From: Callorhinchus milii
Lineage: Eukaryota
DNA length: 64,000 nucleotides
Assembly (NCBI RefSeq): GCF_018977255.1
Contig: NW_024704770.1
Location: 620,001-684,000 of the forward strand
Reading direction: 5' to 3'
How positions within the stretch are numbered: the stretch's first letter is position 1; each line of letters begins with the position of its first letter. Of this stretch, positions 1-11,636 are shown piece by piece. The notes under the pieces were generated by a model. It was given only the letters and a program-made list of their open reading frames with translations, made no database searches and was not told the DNA's origin. Both the position numbers and the translations under genes were made by a program.

Positions 1-139
1 GCCTTGCCTTCGGCATGTCCCTTGCCCGCTTTGCTCTGCCATCGATGACTGGGGTTTCAGCCGCTACTCATCTCAAACTCTGGAACTCTCTGCCTCAATC
101 CCACGACTGTGTTCCTCTAAGGTGACAGAGACATAGCGC

Positions 140-310
140 ATTTGGGGATTGAAGAGGAAAGGAGATCAGTATATGAAGGATAGAGCCTCGAAAAGGTATG
201 AGGGTAACAAGAGCAGCAAAGCTCAATGCACACCTTCATCTGTCAGTCCGTGCAGACTCGATGGGCCGAATGGACTCCTTTGTGTTATACATTTCTCTGA
301 TTCTGTTATA
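140..310 (+). mobile_element. CR1-type LINE 3' end fragment (also at ~12615-12785)
   Basis: gatgggccgaatggactcc...attctgt resembles the CR1 3' terminal motif. ORF 149-391 is incidental. Confidence 0.45.
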
Positions 311-1365
311 CCTTCTCTGAATTTGAATGGTTTCAAAGCTGCCATAAGATATGTGGCTCTTAAACCAGGTTTTAGGAAAGGAACTGATTAAGTGTGAGTC
401 TGGCTGACATGTCACACTGAGCCACATTGTACAGCAAAAGCTCCATACATCGAATCATTCCTTGTGAAACAGATTTCTTTTTTAAAAATCCTGATATTGG
501 TGTTTTCTGGTCTTCCACATCCCTATTATACATAGAGAAGAGGCCTTAGAGTTCCAAAGCACAGTAGCAATAATGGGCAATGTGTTTTAACATAACGAGG
601 GTTTATTTATATAATTCAGTGGTTAATTTTGCTTATTATGGATGATAAATAATTACACAAATTTATAAAATTGTTATTCGCCATTTCTTGGTTTACATAT
701 TTCATCTGATTTTTGAAACACTGTCGAAGTTAACAAATTCAAAAATCATCACCGTTCCTCTTGGAATATTACGCAGTGGTTTCCTCAGTACCAGACTGCT
801 ATTTGCTGAGGTATTGTGCACTTGGTATATGTGAGAAGATAATAATAATAATCCTTCATTTAATAATTGGTATCAAGATGACATTTCAGAAGATCACTGG
901 ATTCTGCATTTTACAGGATGATAAAAATCCAAGAGAGGTCGGAACGTTAGGCCCCAATTTGCTACTGCAAATAATGTATTGATTCAATAACGTTTACTGA
1001 ATTATTAAAGGTGAGGCTATTCGACATACGTGAATGAGATGTGCAAGTATTCTGGGATAGTCACTGAGTTCGAAAGCAATTGAAACAATTTGAAGAAAAC
1101 GCTGCTGAACATCACACAGAATTACATTTCTAATCAAACACTTTAATGCAAATGAATAATTCCCGTTGAATAATCAATAATCCTTTGAGGATGTCCCTCA
1201 GCACTTTACAGGATTTACTGCAAAATGCACGAACTATATTTTGTGTACGAACATATTAGAAACAAATTAAAGACAACACAACAGAATATGATATAGCTTC
1301 ACACTTTTTACCTCACAATTTCTATTGATATAAATTATTTTTTCTGTGCTGATTGTTTCTCACAG

Positions 1366-2288
1366 TTAATTTGCTGGCGATTGTGATCCTGTCAAGAGGA
1401 AAGTGCGGACTCTCCAAGTACATCACTCAGTACTTGATAGCCATGACAGTGGCTGATCTCCTGGTTGTCCTTGTGGATGTTTTGTTGACCAAAATTAACA
1501 ATCTGTATTTCCCATTAACTATCTTATTCTACACTCCAGTGTGTAGTGTTAAAGCTGTGCTGCTGACTGCAACTCTCCACAGCTCTTTGTGGTTCACTGT
1601 CGCTTTCACTTTCGATCGTTTTGTGGCCATTTGCTGCCAAAAGCTGAAACCAACATATTGTACGGAGAGAACGGCCACAGTGGTTATTGTAACTCTGTCT
1701 GTTTTCAGCTGCTCAGTGAACATTCCCTGGTACTTTACAACTGATCCTTACATTATACTTAATGATACGCCGTGGTACTGTGTCTTCAAACCAAGCTTTT
1801 ATACCTCGGCCCCCTGGAAAGCGTTTGAAAGGCTTCACCGTGTTGTTGCTCCCATGTTTGGTTTTGCTTTGATTTGCCTGTTCAATGCTCTGATTATCCG
1901 GCACATTCTGATGGCCAGTAAAGTCCGCAGGAGGCTTCGCGGTCAGAGAAATGCTGAGAAAACTATTGATCCCGAGTTAGAAAGCAGAAAAAAATCCGTT
2001 ATTTTACTCTTCGCCATATCGGGCAGTTTTATACTGTTGTGGATAACGCAAATCATATTTTCTTTGAAATGGCAACTTTCCAATTATAATTACAGCAAAA
2101 CATTGGTCAGTAACACGCGGTTTATCGTCCAAGAAACCGGAGTCATGCTTCAAAGGTTGAGTTGCTGTACCAACACCTGTATTTACGCATTGACTCAGAC
2201 TAAGTTCAGAGACGAGCTTAAGAGAGGGTTAGTTTATCCATTTCGTATTATTGCCGAATTAATGATAAAACATCGTAAACGCAGGTAA
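1366..2288 (+). CDS. Rhodopsin-class GPCR (GPR139/GPR142-like family), copy A, main coding exon; exon 1 lies upstream of the window
   Basis: Acceptor ttctcacag|TT, phase 1. Open frame VNLLAIVILSRGKC...AMTVADLL...FTFDRF...IPWYF...SCCTNTCIY...KRR*. Hydrophobic helices, DRY-like DRF and NPxxY-like NTCIY. Confidence 0.92.
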
Positions 2289-2504
2289 GAAAGAAGTTGG
2301 CTTCACACACTGTTGAACTTCAGGGACATTGGTGAATGTCTCCACAAGCAGAGACGCCTTCCAACATCATGAGCAGATATCAATAAAGCATCGTTTCCTT
2401 CCAAATCTTGTGACTATCTGTAAAGTTAAACTCCTGCCCCCGAAACATTGAAGTGAATGTCCTTTGACTTGATGAAGGAATGTTTGATTTTGGTTCAGGT
2501 GTGT

Positions 2505-2607
2505 GGAGTAAAGGAAAATACCCAATGTTTCGCTCTGCCCGGGAATCAAACCCATGTCCTCTCGCTTACGAGTCAAGCGCTCTAACCACTGAGCTACAGG
2601 ACTCCAC
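2505..2607 (-). mobile_element. tRNA-derived SINE head (copy at ~14971-15073)
   Basis: Minus strand gtggagtcctgtagctcagtggttagagc...gggtttgattcc has A-box and B-box. Same head occurs at 33758, 44456, ~45038 and ~49855. Confidence 0.85.
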
Positions 2608-2759
2608 ATTCTGCTGGTAATAAACGGGGAGAGAAGGTGCCTTTTGCCCTATAATATATAGTGAAGTGATGTGAGCCTCGACAGCGGAGGCCACGACCGG
2701 TGTCAGTGGGGACACACCGGCTCTCATTTCTCACCGTGCAATTCTGTTATACTCTCCAG

Positions 2760-3004
2760 CAGCGACACACCTGGTGACAGCCTGACATGTGCACAACAGC
2801 CACGTGTGTGTGAGGTCCTGCAGGAGATGGTGGTTCCCCAACACGTGGTCAGGAGAGAAGGGCACAAACTGTCAGACCGGTGTCTTCACTGTGAGTCACT
2901 GGTGTTGGATCAAGTGGATGTACTGTCCACATCAAACTACTACTGTTGTTTCCTTCACTTCCCAAAGCATCTTCTCATGTGGGCGGTGAACAGCACCGAC
3001 TCCG
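2760..3004 (+). CDS. Candidate internal exon of unknown product (phase 2 to phase 1), copy A
   Basis: Branch-like ctcac, acceptor actctccag|C, 245 nt open (SDTPGDSLTC...NYYCCFLHF...NSTDS), donor CCG|gtaaag. No recognisable domain. Confidence 0.35.
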
Positions 3005-3109
3005 GTAAAGCTTTCCCACTGCAACGGCATCTTTCACAGCATTTGTGATCTTTCAGACTGACTCTCCAGTGGCAGCACTGAGGTTTAGCACCGCATTGAC
3101 CTTAAAATG

Positions 3110-3395
3110 ACCATAACCTGCCCAACCCGCCCAACCCGCCACCATAACCCTCCCAACCCGCCCAACCCGCCACCATAACCCGCCCAACCCGCCCAACCCG
3201 CCACCATAACCCTCCCAACCCGCCCAACCCGCCACCATAACCCGCCCAACCCGCCCAACCCGCCACCATAACCCGCCCAACCCGCCACCATAACCCGCCC
3301 AACCCGCCCAACCCGCCACCATAACCCGCCCAACCCGCCCAACCCGCCACCATAACCCGCCCAACCCGCCCAACCCGCCACCATAACCCGCGCAA
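3110..3395. repeat. Minisatellite, ~31-bp unit ccataacccgcccaacccgcccaacccgcca (copy at ~15577-15868)
   Basis: Direct tandem repeats; they generate the repetitive spurious minus-strand ORFs. Confidence 0.95.
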
Positions 3396-3489
3396 CCCAC
3401 CTATCCCTCTCCCCCCACCGGTCGCTCTTAGTCTCAGTGCATTTTTGCTGCCGTCACCGACAAGAGCTGTTACCCCAAAATGCTCCCAC

Positions 3490-4360
3490 CCCCGTCCCCA
3501 CCTCTGTGACCTCCTCACCCCCCACCAACCCGTCCGCTCCCTCTGCTCAGTGGCCTCCGGCCCCCGCCTCGCCAGCCTTCAGCCTCTCTGCCCCCACCCT
3601 TTGGAACTCCATCCGACTCCCACTCCGCCTCACCCCCTCCTGTGCCTCTTTCAAGACCTGTCTCAAGACCCTCCTCCTGGACCGAGCCCCCACCCTCCGC
3701 GCCCTCCACCCCTCCTGATCCCAACCACCTGCCCGGGTGCGGATCCCTGACTGTCGGGCGCCTCGGACGTCCTCCTGACGTGAAAGGCGCTTTACAAATC
3801 TAATTTGTTATTGTTGTGTTTCTCACAATATCTGTGTCCCCGCACTTTCCGCCCCACCATTGGGTCGGACATTCAGCATCTCCGCCCCCACCCTGGAACT
3901 CCATCCCCAAATCCCTCCACCTCACCCCCTCTCTCACCTCCTTCAGGTCGCGTCTAAAGACCTTCCTCTTCGACCGTGACTTCAGCCCCAACTCCTGTCC
4001 TCCACCCCCAACCCCCAGCCCTCCACCCCCAACCCCAGCCCTCCACCCCAACCCCCTGCCCTCCACCCCCAACCCTCTGCTCTTCACCCCCAACCCCAGC
4101 CCTCCCCCAACCCCAGCCCTCCACCCCAACCCCCTGCCCTCACCCCCAACCACCTGCCCTCCACCCCCGACACCCTGCCCTCCAACCCCAACCCCCTGCC
4201 CTCCACCCCAAAACCCCTGTGCTTCACCCCAACTCCCAGCCGTTCACCCCTCCTGACCCCAATATCCAACTCAGGTCCAGTAACCCCTGACTGTCCAGTG
4301 CCCTGGAACGTCTTTCTGACATGAAGAGCGCTTTACAATTGTCTGTAAAGTGTTGTTGTT
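3490..4360 (+). mobile_element. Two L2-type LINE 3' end fragments with internal C-rich repeats (copy at ~15955-16860)
   Basis: Remnants reading AFSLSAPTLWNSI...SFKTCLKTLL and PWNSIPKSL...SFRSRLKTFLF, with tails gtgaaaggcgctttacaaat plus (ttg)n. Confidence 0.75.
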
Positions 4361-4565
4361 GTTGTTGTTGTGTGTCCCAATATCTGTGTGTGTGTGGGAG
4401 GGGGTGGAGGGCCTTTTACACGGTTGGTGTGGAATGAGGAATTATCCCCTACAAACTGCAGTTGAGGCTGCGGCCGTTGATGGTTTATAAAAGAGAATGA
4501 GGCGGATGATGGATGAGGGAATATTAAAGGCTTCTGGGCAGTGATCGCGGGAGAGACGAGGGCAG

Positions 4566-4857
4566 ACATTTCCTGAGGTTGTGGGCGGTTGCCATCAAAC
4601 CCACACTGCCCGGCGGTGCTGCTCGTGTGCAGCTGTTCCCAACCGTTCACTCTGTCATTTGGAGCAAAGTGGTTGGTTTCGAGGCCTATGTTGTGGCCGT
4701 GAGCTGATGCCCCAGTGCAGGCGGGGGAGCAGCGCCGTGTTGGGGAGGCCGACCTGTGGATGGGATGGTGACCTGAGGTCCTGTCTGACAGCTCCAGGAG
4801 ATGTCAGAGATCCCAACACATACACCACACTGAGGACACTGAGGAAATAACCTGAGG
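4566..4857 (+). pseudogene. Decayed SRCR (scavenger receptor cysteine-rich) exon, copy A
   Basis: With frameshifts it reads LRL-GG...KVV/RGLCCGREL...GSSAV..PTC..DGDLRSC...HTED..IT(stop), echoing SRCR LRLVGG / AxVVCRQLGCG / C...L..C / HxEDxxVxC. Acceptor is poor. Confidence 0.45.
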
Positions 4858-4989
4858 CTTGTGGTTGGTAAGAAATCTGGAGACTGCGGTCTTTATTCAA
4901 TGCTGCATTTTTGATAACTTTAAACTATTTAAATGAGAAAAGCCATTGTGCGGTACAGGGGGCACTGTGTGTGCTAATAACTAAAGGGG

Positions 4990-5815
4990 TGACGCTGTGG
5001 GGTGTGAATGGGGTGTGGGGTGTGTACTAGTTATGGTGAGTGTGTGTTATTCACGAGGGTTGTGTGGTATTAATGTGGCAAATATGCTTTATAGCATTAA
5101 ATATACATAGGAATTGTGGGGTATTAATGGGTGTGGGGTATCAATGGAGTTGTGGTAAGAATGGAGTTTGTGGTATCAATGGAGTTTGTGTGGGGTATCA
5201 ATGGAGTTTGTGGTAAGAATGGAGTTTGTGGTATCAATGGAGTTTGTGCTATTAATGTGGTGTGTGGAGTACTAATGGGGAGTGTGGGGTATTAATGGGG
5301 TGTCGGGTATCAATGGAGTTTGTGGTGTCAATGGAGTTTGTGGTATCAATGTGGTGTGTGGAGCATTAATGGGGTGTGTGGGGTATTATGGGGTGTGGGG
5401 TATTTTTGTGAATGGAGTGTGAGTTATTAATGGGGTTTCGGGTATTAATGGGTTGTTTGATGTAATAATGGGGTGTGGGGTATTAAGGGGGTGTGGGTAT
5501 TAATGAGGTGTGGGATATGAATTGGGTGTGGGGTATTATTGGAGTGTGGGCTATGAATGGGTTTGATGTAATAATGGGATGTGGGGTATTAATGGGTTGT
5601 TTGATGTAATAATGGGGTGTGGGGTATTAAGGTGATGTGGGTTATTAATGAGCTGTGGGATATTACTGGTGTATGTAGTGTTAATGAGGTCTGTATTATT
5701 AATGGGGTGTGGGGGGTATTAATGGGGTGTGGGGGTTATTAATGGGGTGTGGGGGGTATTAATGGGGTGTGGGGGGTATTAATGGGGTGTGGGGGGTATT
5801 AATGGGATGTGGTGA
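4990..5815. repeat. Degenerate attaatggggtgtgggg satellite (copy at ~17480-18195)
   Basis: Many imperfect tandem copies; length differs between the duplicates. Confidence 0.9.
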
Positions 5816-5819
5816 TGTG

Positions 5820-6128
5820 TGGGAGGAATTGCCTCACAAGCGAGAGGACGTGGGTTTGATTTCCGGGCAGAGCAAAATGTTCGGAATATTCCTCACTCCC
5901 ACACACGCTGCTGTTTCCCGGCAGTGAGGAGCAGAACAATAATCCTTCAAACAAAATGTAAGAATCCCTTATTCCATGACTGTTTGTGGGACGCTGCTGT
6001 GCGCAATTGTCTGCCGTGTTTCGCCCACAAATTATACATCAATTGACTTTACAGTGCACTCTAAAGCACTTTGAGATGTCTCGAAGATGTGATAAGGCTC
6101 TGTAGCAAACGTAAGGATTATTATTATA
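5820..6128 (+). mobile_element. SINE of the dominant family (tRNA head, conserved body, (att)n tail)
   Basis: Body gactgtttgtgggac...gcaatt...cccacaaa...aagcactttgaga is shared by many copies in the window. Confidence 0.8.
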
Positions 6129-7315
6129 TCTCAGTCAAAAGTGATCAGTGTAAATGTGTATTGTCTCCTCGCTGGGCCCCACTGTCTGCTCGTGCGTCAA
6201 CTCCCCGACCCTCTTCCTGACCTCAGATTCTTCATGGTCTCACTCCTTCCTACCCCGGCTGTCTCCGGCCTCGGCCTCTGCTCTGACACCTCTGCTCTAC
6301 TGCTCACTGCTCTCTTCCTCCAGTGACGGCACCTTCAGCTTTTACTCTGGACGGTGCTCTACATTTCCCTCTCTCGAAAGACGTTTCTCTCTGACTCTGC
6401 ATTTGGCCAACACCCTGACCCCGTTTCCACTTTTGAAGCCACCCGCGGGTTTGCTCCTCCCTCCCTCTGCCCCCTATTAACAGCAAACCTTTCCACTCCC
6501 GCTCCCCCCGCTCCCCCCGCTCAGTGGGCACTGGGCTGTTGCATGTTCCCTGCTCTGCCGACTTATACAACAATAATAATAATTTTGTCACTCATTCCAC
6601 TACTGCTTGTAGGGTAATACCTCGTGCAATTAGCTGCCGTGTTTCTCCCACAAAATATATACAATTCACAGAATATTCTGTCAATCGCTTTGAGACAAAT
6701 GTAAGGATTATTATTACTATTACCCCCACACCACAGGAGGTTGGGTGTTCAGCTTTGCTGCCTCCACCCTTTAGGACTCCATCCCAGAATCCCTACACCT
6801 CGCCCCCACGCTTCCTTCCTTCAAGGCACATCTCAAGACCTTTCTGTTGGACTGTGCCTTCAGTCTCCCTCCCACCCCTACCCCCACCCTTCTTCATTCC
6901 AACCCCAGCTTGTGTGCAAATCATTAAATGTCCAGCGCCCTGGACGTGCTTTGGAAAGGCCGTACTTAGATGTAATTTGTTATTGTTGTTTGTCTTCTTA
7001 TTTGGGAATTCCCGTTGGCAGATGAAGTGTTTTGGGACTTTAATCGTCCAGGAAGGGTACTGTCTAACAGTACAAGTTGTGAAGAGTTTGAGACAGTCAT
7101 TCATGAAAGGCGCTGTGTGAATAATAATAATTATAATAATAACAATAATCCTTGCATTTGATATAGAGCCTTATCACGTCGCTGCAACAGCTCAAAGCAC
7201 TTCACAGGATATACTGTAAAGCGTAGTAACTGTGTGATTTTTGGGCAAAACGTTGTGTTAAGTTCTGAAATGCAGTCAGGTTTGTAAACTTGTCTGTAAC
7301 ACAAACTGATTTAAT

Positions 7316-7350
<35 letters not shown>

Positions 7351-7647
7351 CCTCTCTGTGTAGCTGAGGCCTCCACTGCGATGTAAAACCAAGATAGCGA
7401 CGGATTTAATCAGATTGGAAACTGCGGCTGGTGCTGAGCTAAAGAGCCTGTGGTGAGAGCTGTGTCTCTGGTCCCTTCTCCTGATCAGGTTAAACTTTAC
7501 ATTGAGCTGAAATGCCATCTTATTACACTGACTTGATCAACACGTGATCTCTCAACCCAGGTCCTGGCAGCCACACACTTGAGGCAAATGTCTGATGGAA
7601 ATGCACAGAGATTCTCTGATCTCTACACAGTTACATGGTTTTGTCAG

Positions 7648-7985
7648 CGTGGCTCAGTTGGCTGCGTTCTTCCCTCTGAGTCAGATGTTTGTGGCTTCAA
7701 ACCCCACGTCAGGATTTGGAACTCACATAGTCTAAGCTGGAATTCCAAAGCTGATGCTGGGAGTGCACTGCATTTGTTGAGGTGCCGTCCTTTGGATGAG
7801 ATGTTAAACCAAGGCCCTGTCTGTCTGTTCAAATGGATCTTAACGATCCCACCATTGGGAAACAGGGGAGTTTCTCCCGGTGTCCTGGCCAACAATCCCC
7901 CCAAACATTGGCCACTCACTTCATGGCTATGTGTGGGATGTTGCTGTGTGCAACTTAGCTGCTGTGTTCCCAATAAAGTGCAGTC
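7648..7985 (+). mobile_element. Deu-domain tRNA SINE (DeuSINE/SacSINE1-like; copy at ~20030-20367)
   Basis: tRNA-like head gtggctcagttgg...ggcttcaaacc followed by gaggtgccgtcctttggatgagatgttaaaccaaggccctgtctg, the Deu central domain as I recall it. Confidence 0.65.
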
Positions 7986-8497
7986 CTGTAGCTTAATGGT
8001 TTGATCGCTCGCCTGGCAAGCACCAGTACCTGGGTTCGATTCCTGGCACGGCAAAACATTGGGCAAGTTTCCTTACGCCACACCCTCTGTCCTGCCTGAA
8101 GTCCTTCCTGTTCAGCAGTGCCTATGGTCACTTCGCGCCTCTTCCTGGTTCAGCAACATGTTCCGCCACTGTCAAGCGTTCTGGGACGCTATCCTGCGTG
8201 AGGGCGCTATATATATATGCAAGTTGTTGTGTGTCTGTTTAATGTGGTGAGTGACAGTGTATGTTGTGGACATAAGCAGCAGCCAATTTGCAGACATCTG
8301 TGGAGTTAGTGACCAACTCTGAGAGAACCTCATTGAGGTGTAAACATTTCAAATGGGATTCAAAATGTACAGTCACATACGGAGTATCTGTAAAGCTCAT
8401 TGGGACTCCCTCCCAATGTGAGACACTGCACCAAATGTCAGGACTATTGTTGTTGTTTTATTGCGATTTTGTGACTGTTATGTTTTGTGTCACAAAG

Positions 8498-8623
8498 GGC
8501 ACCGAGTGCGGAGAGGGCAGGTGATGTCCACACTTGATGCCGTGTGTGTAACGCTGGGAACGCTGCTGGCCCTCGTGCTGATGGCACTCGCTGTACAAAT
8601 CAAACACAATGTGCCCAGAGGAG
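8498..8623 (+). CDS. WC1/SCART/CD163-like transmembrane exon, duplicated copy A (no cytoplasmic exons follow in this copy)
   Basis: cacaaag|GG...AGAGGAG|gtgaga, 126 nt, phase 1-1, GHRVRRGQVMSTLDAVCVTLGTLLALVLMALAVQIKHNVPRG. Same translation as 20883-21008. Confidence 0.65.
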
Positions 8624-9357
8624 GTGAGAGCCCGACACGTGCCCTGGAGTCAGGCGGAGCCGTGTGGGGAGTGAACTGTATCAGTTAGAGAATCGGTGAC
8701 AAGGGACAGTCACGGCACTGTTAGCAGAACAACAGCGGAGACTTTAGAGAAGATTTCTTCACTCACAGGATTGTTAGTGTCTGGAATTCTTTCCCATGTG
8801 GTATTGAGGCTGATCCACAAGATCACACAATGGTTTCGATGAAGAAGGCTCTTTGCCTCTTCCGATCTCATCTCTCCAGAACACCCACCCGAACATCAAC
8901 CCCCCCCCCCCACCAACCCCCCACCTCCATCACCAAATGGAGCTGCTTTTAACACAGGATACTCTTTGTGTTCGTCAAATAGAAATTGCCATTTCCTGTC
9001 GCGAGTATGTTCCAAGATGTTTGACTTTTGTGGCTTGGCCCCTGAGCTGGGGTTGGGTCCATGGGCGGGTGAGCCGGGGAAACATGATCAAAGTCATAGT
9101 CAAAGAGGAAGGTCTTGAGATGGGACTTTAAAGAGGTGAGGGAGGGCCCGAGTCTGAGGGATTCCAGGATGGAGTTCCAAATAGTGTGGGCAGATCGGCT
9201 GAAAGCCGGACCGCCAATGGTGAGGCGGGCAGGGCAGGGGATGTGAAGCAGACCAGTGCCCACTGAGCAGGAGTGGGCAGGATGGCAATGATTAAGGAGG
9301 TCACAGAAGTAGAGTGGAGCAAGACATTGGAGGGCTTTAAAGTGAGTACAAGGATCT

Positions 9358-10115
9358 CCTCCTCCACAACACCCTCTACTCCACACTTGACCCTCACCTC
9401 CCGTACTGTCTCCTGCTCTCGCTCCTCCCCTGGCTCACAACGCACCTCCGCTCATTGAAGAGCCAGGTGCGGGCCGTTGAATGCACCTGCCTCAAATCTG
9501 GGCTAACGGTCCACTGACAAATCTGGCTGGACCTCCTCAGAATCTATCACTCCACTCTAGCCTCGGCCAAGTCATCCTTCTACTCCAGGATAACTCTGGA
9601 GGCGAAGAACAACCCCAGGCTACTGTTTTCTACCACATCCTGACTCCTCCGTCCCCCCCGCCACCCCGCGCAGGTCATCTCCTCCACCCTTCACTACGAG
9701 GAGATGTTGGATTTCCTTGAATCCAAAATCAAGGGAATCCGCTCCATGGTCACTACCCGTCCAACTTCCACCCACCACCCACCCCTTCTCTCCCACACTC
9801 CAACTCCCACCCACCACCCACCCCTTCTCTCCCACACTCCAACTCCCACCCAGCCCCTCCCCTTCCCTCCCACACTCCGACTCCTACCCATCCTCCCCTA
9901 CACCCTTGGTCTCCTCCTCTTCACCCTCTATATGCTCCCCCTGTGGTGACATCATCCGCAGACATGGGGTTAACTTCCACATGTATGCGGATGACACCCA
10001 ACTCTACCGTTACTCCAAGGTCCTTGAAAGAGTTGTCACCTCCCAACTGCGCACTTTCCCCTCCAGCCGTGCATTATTCGAACCCCTTCAGTCGGGTTTC
10101 CGCGCTGCGCACAGC
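9358..10115 (+). mobile_element. Scrambled L2 LINE reverse-transcriptase fragments
   Basis: Translates to GDIIRRHGVNFHMYADDTQLY (YADD motif) and FEPLQSGFRAAHSTE, in rearranged order. Confidence 0.8.
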
Positions 10116-10251
10116 ACAGAACCATTCACTGTGAGTTCCTTTCGGTTCAAATTCCAAATAAAAACCTACAGTTCCACTTTGCTGCCGCCAGAGGGCGGTG
10201 TTGCACTGTGTGACTTCCCACCAGATTCTCAGTCACTTCACTTGTCCTCCT
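10116..10251 (+). repeat. ~136-bp element with CTCF-like core; inverted copy at 26448-26583
   Basis: Reverse-complement match with few mismatches. Contains ccgccagagggcggtgttg. Confidence 0.85.
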
Positions 10252-11566
10252 TGAGGGGAGGGGAGCAGTGTCTGTGTCTGTGTGTCTCTCTGTCTCCCTT
10301 ATAGGTATCTGAGATGGAGAGGAGACCCCCCCCTCCCCCCGCACACAGGGCTGTTGGAGAGGGAGAGGAGCCGCCATGGCCCCCACTCTCTCCTGGACTC
10401 CTCACTGTCGCTCTGATGGTCAGTGTGGATGAGGTGAAGGACACATGACTATCACTTGATGATCTTTGACCCTTATCTGTGTGTATTACCAGTTGTGTCC
10501 CTCTGTCCTGTGGACTGCATTGCACCCACAGAGAGGTGAGCAGCTCCTGCTCAGGAGCAGCATCTGTGATGGTGGAATCATTGCTCAATGGAGAGCGGTG
10601 TGTGGACCCACGACAAACAGCAAGATCATGGCACTGCTCCCACACATTTCATGCTGAGTTGTGTTGGCCACCAGAAGCTCGGAGGGAGTTACTCTAACCT
10701 GCCATCAGCCGAGTGAGGGCTGAAACCCGCACTTGTCTGATATCGAATGACAAACTGGACTGTGCGGCTCAGGACACATACGTGGGTGTCCATGGAGCTC
10801 AACTGGCTCCAAGTTAACAGCCTTCAAGACCTTTATGAAGTTACCACTGCAATCTCCTCAACCAGTAGTGACCTGCGTGCTTCCATCACCCAGCAAGCCT
10901 CGGCATGTTTAATGATCCCGCCCTACCGGTCCCACCATCAGGTCATGGGCTTTCGGCCAATCTGCCGCCCATCCTCTATAACTCAGCCCCAGAGAACCCT
11001 CAAACCCTTCATGAGGGGCACTTTATTGATGCAAATTGTTGTTGTTATTGTCTTTGAACCCAGGATTCACTCGCGCACACACCCCTTTACGGTCCGTATC
11101 AAGAGCTCCCGCATTGACCACATCCTTGTTTATGTTTCCCTTCCCTGACCCCATGTCGGGTCTCAATGATTCATGTTCAAGTGTCTGAATGTAATGTGTT
11201 TATAAACTCGATGAGATCCCATGCTCTATCCCTCATGAATTTGCTATATAGATGCAATTTATATTTCTTGTCATTTCTGTAAAACGTTTCAATAATGTTG
11301 TTCTGCTCGTTCTGTATTTAGTTTATTCGACGCTTTATTTTTTATGTATTTATCTTCAATTCACAATAACCAATGTAATCGAGTATAAGATGTGCAATTC
11401 TCAAGTGAATACATTATGTTGTTTGTTCACATGTCTGGAACTAATTGCATTTGTGATCCACGCTGTAGATTCGTTGCTTCAAGTACAAATGTCTTTGAGT
11501 GTGACCTCAGAGTGTTCATTGAAGCCTCTGCCTTCAGCCACACAATGTCGTAGTGTAAAACAGAGT

Positions 11567-11636
11567 ATGGAACTTCCAATACTGTACGCAATATTGGCCA
11601 TTTACTACCCCATTCTTGTAGCGTTTGGAATTCCAG
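11567..11636 (+). CDS. GPCR copy B exon 1 (MELPILYAILAIYYPILVAFGIP)
   Basis: ATG, YYPIL...GIP N-terminus/TM1 motif, donor CCAG|gtatgt phase 1, in frame with acceptor at 13830. Confidence 0.85.

Larger units (their letters stand above)
1..9357. repeat. Tandem segmental duplication, copy A (5' part extends beyond the window)
   Basis: Position 1 (gccttgccttcggcatg) matches 12475. Colinear to ...gtgagtacaaggatct at 9357 = 21744. Many ORF translations are identical between copies. Confidence 0.95.

Noticed and set aside
1146-1153. Perfect octamer ATGCAAAT in the GPCR intron (also ~13614, ~11028, ~55117)
   Set aside because: A few hits are expected by chance in 64 kb of AT-rich DNA, and none lies near the VH promoter.
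3053-4290. Long Gly/Pro/Trp-rich ORFs in several frames (likewise 23758-24433, 25195-25851, 28102-28772, 52338-53167)
   Set aside because: They arise from stop-free minisatellites and L2 tails, with no splice or domain support.
6326-6355. Possible 30-nt phase 1-1 stalk exon (TAPSAFTLD) after a pyrimidine tract
   Set aside because: The donor gtgctc is weak and there is no independent support.
10520-10700. Faint SRCR-like words (QWRAVCG, HTFH)
   Set aside because: Motif order and spacing cannot be reconciled with an SRCR domain by eye, and no splice sites were found.
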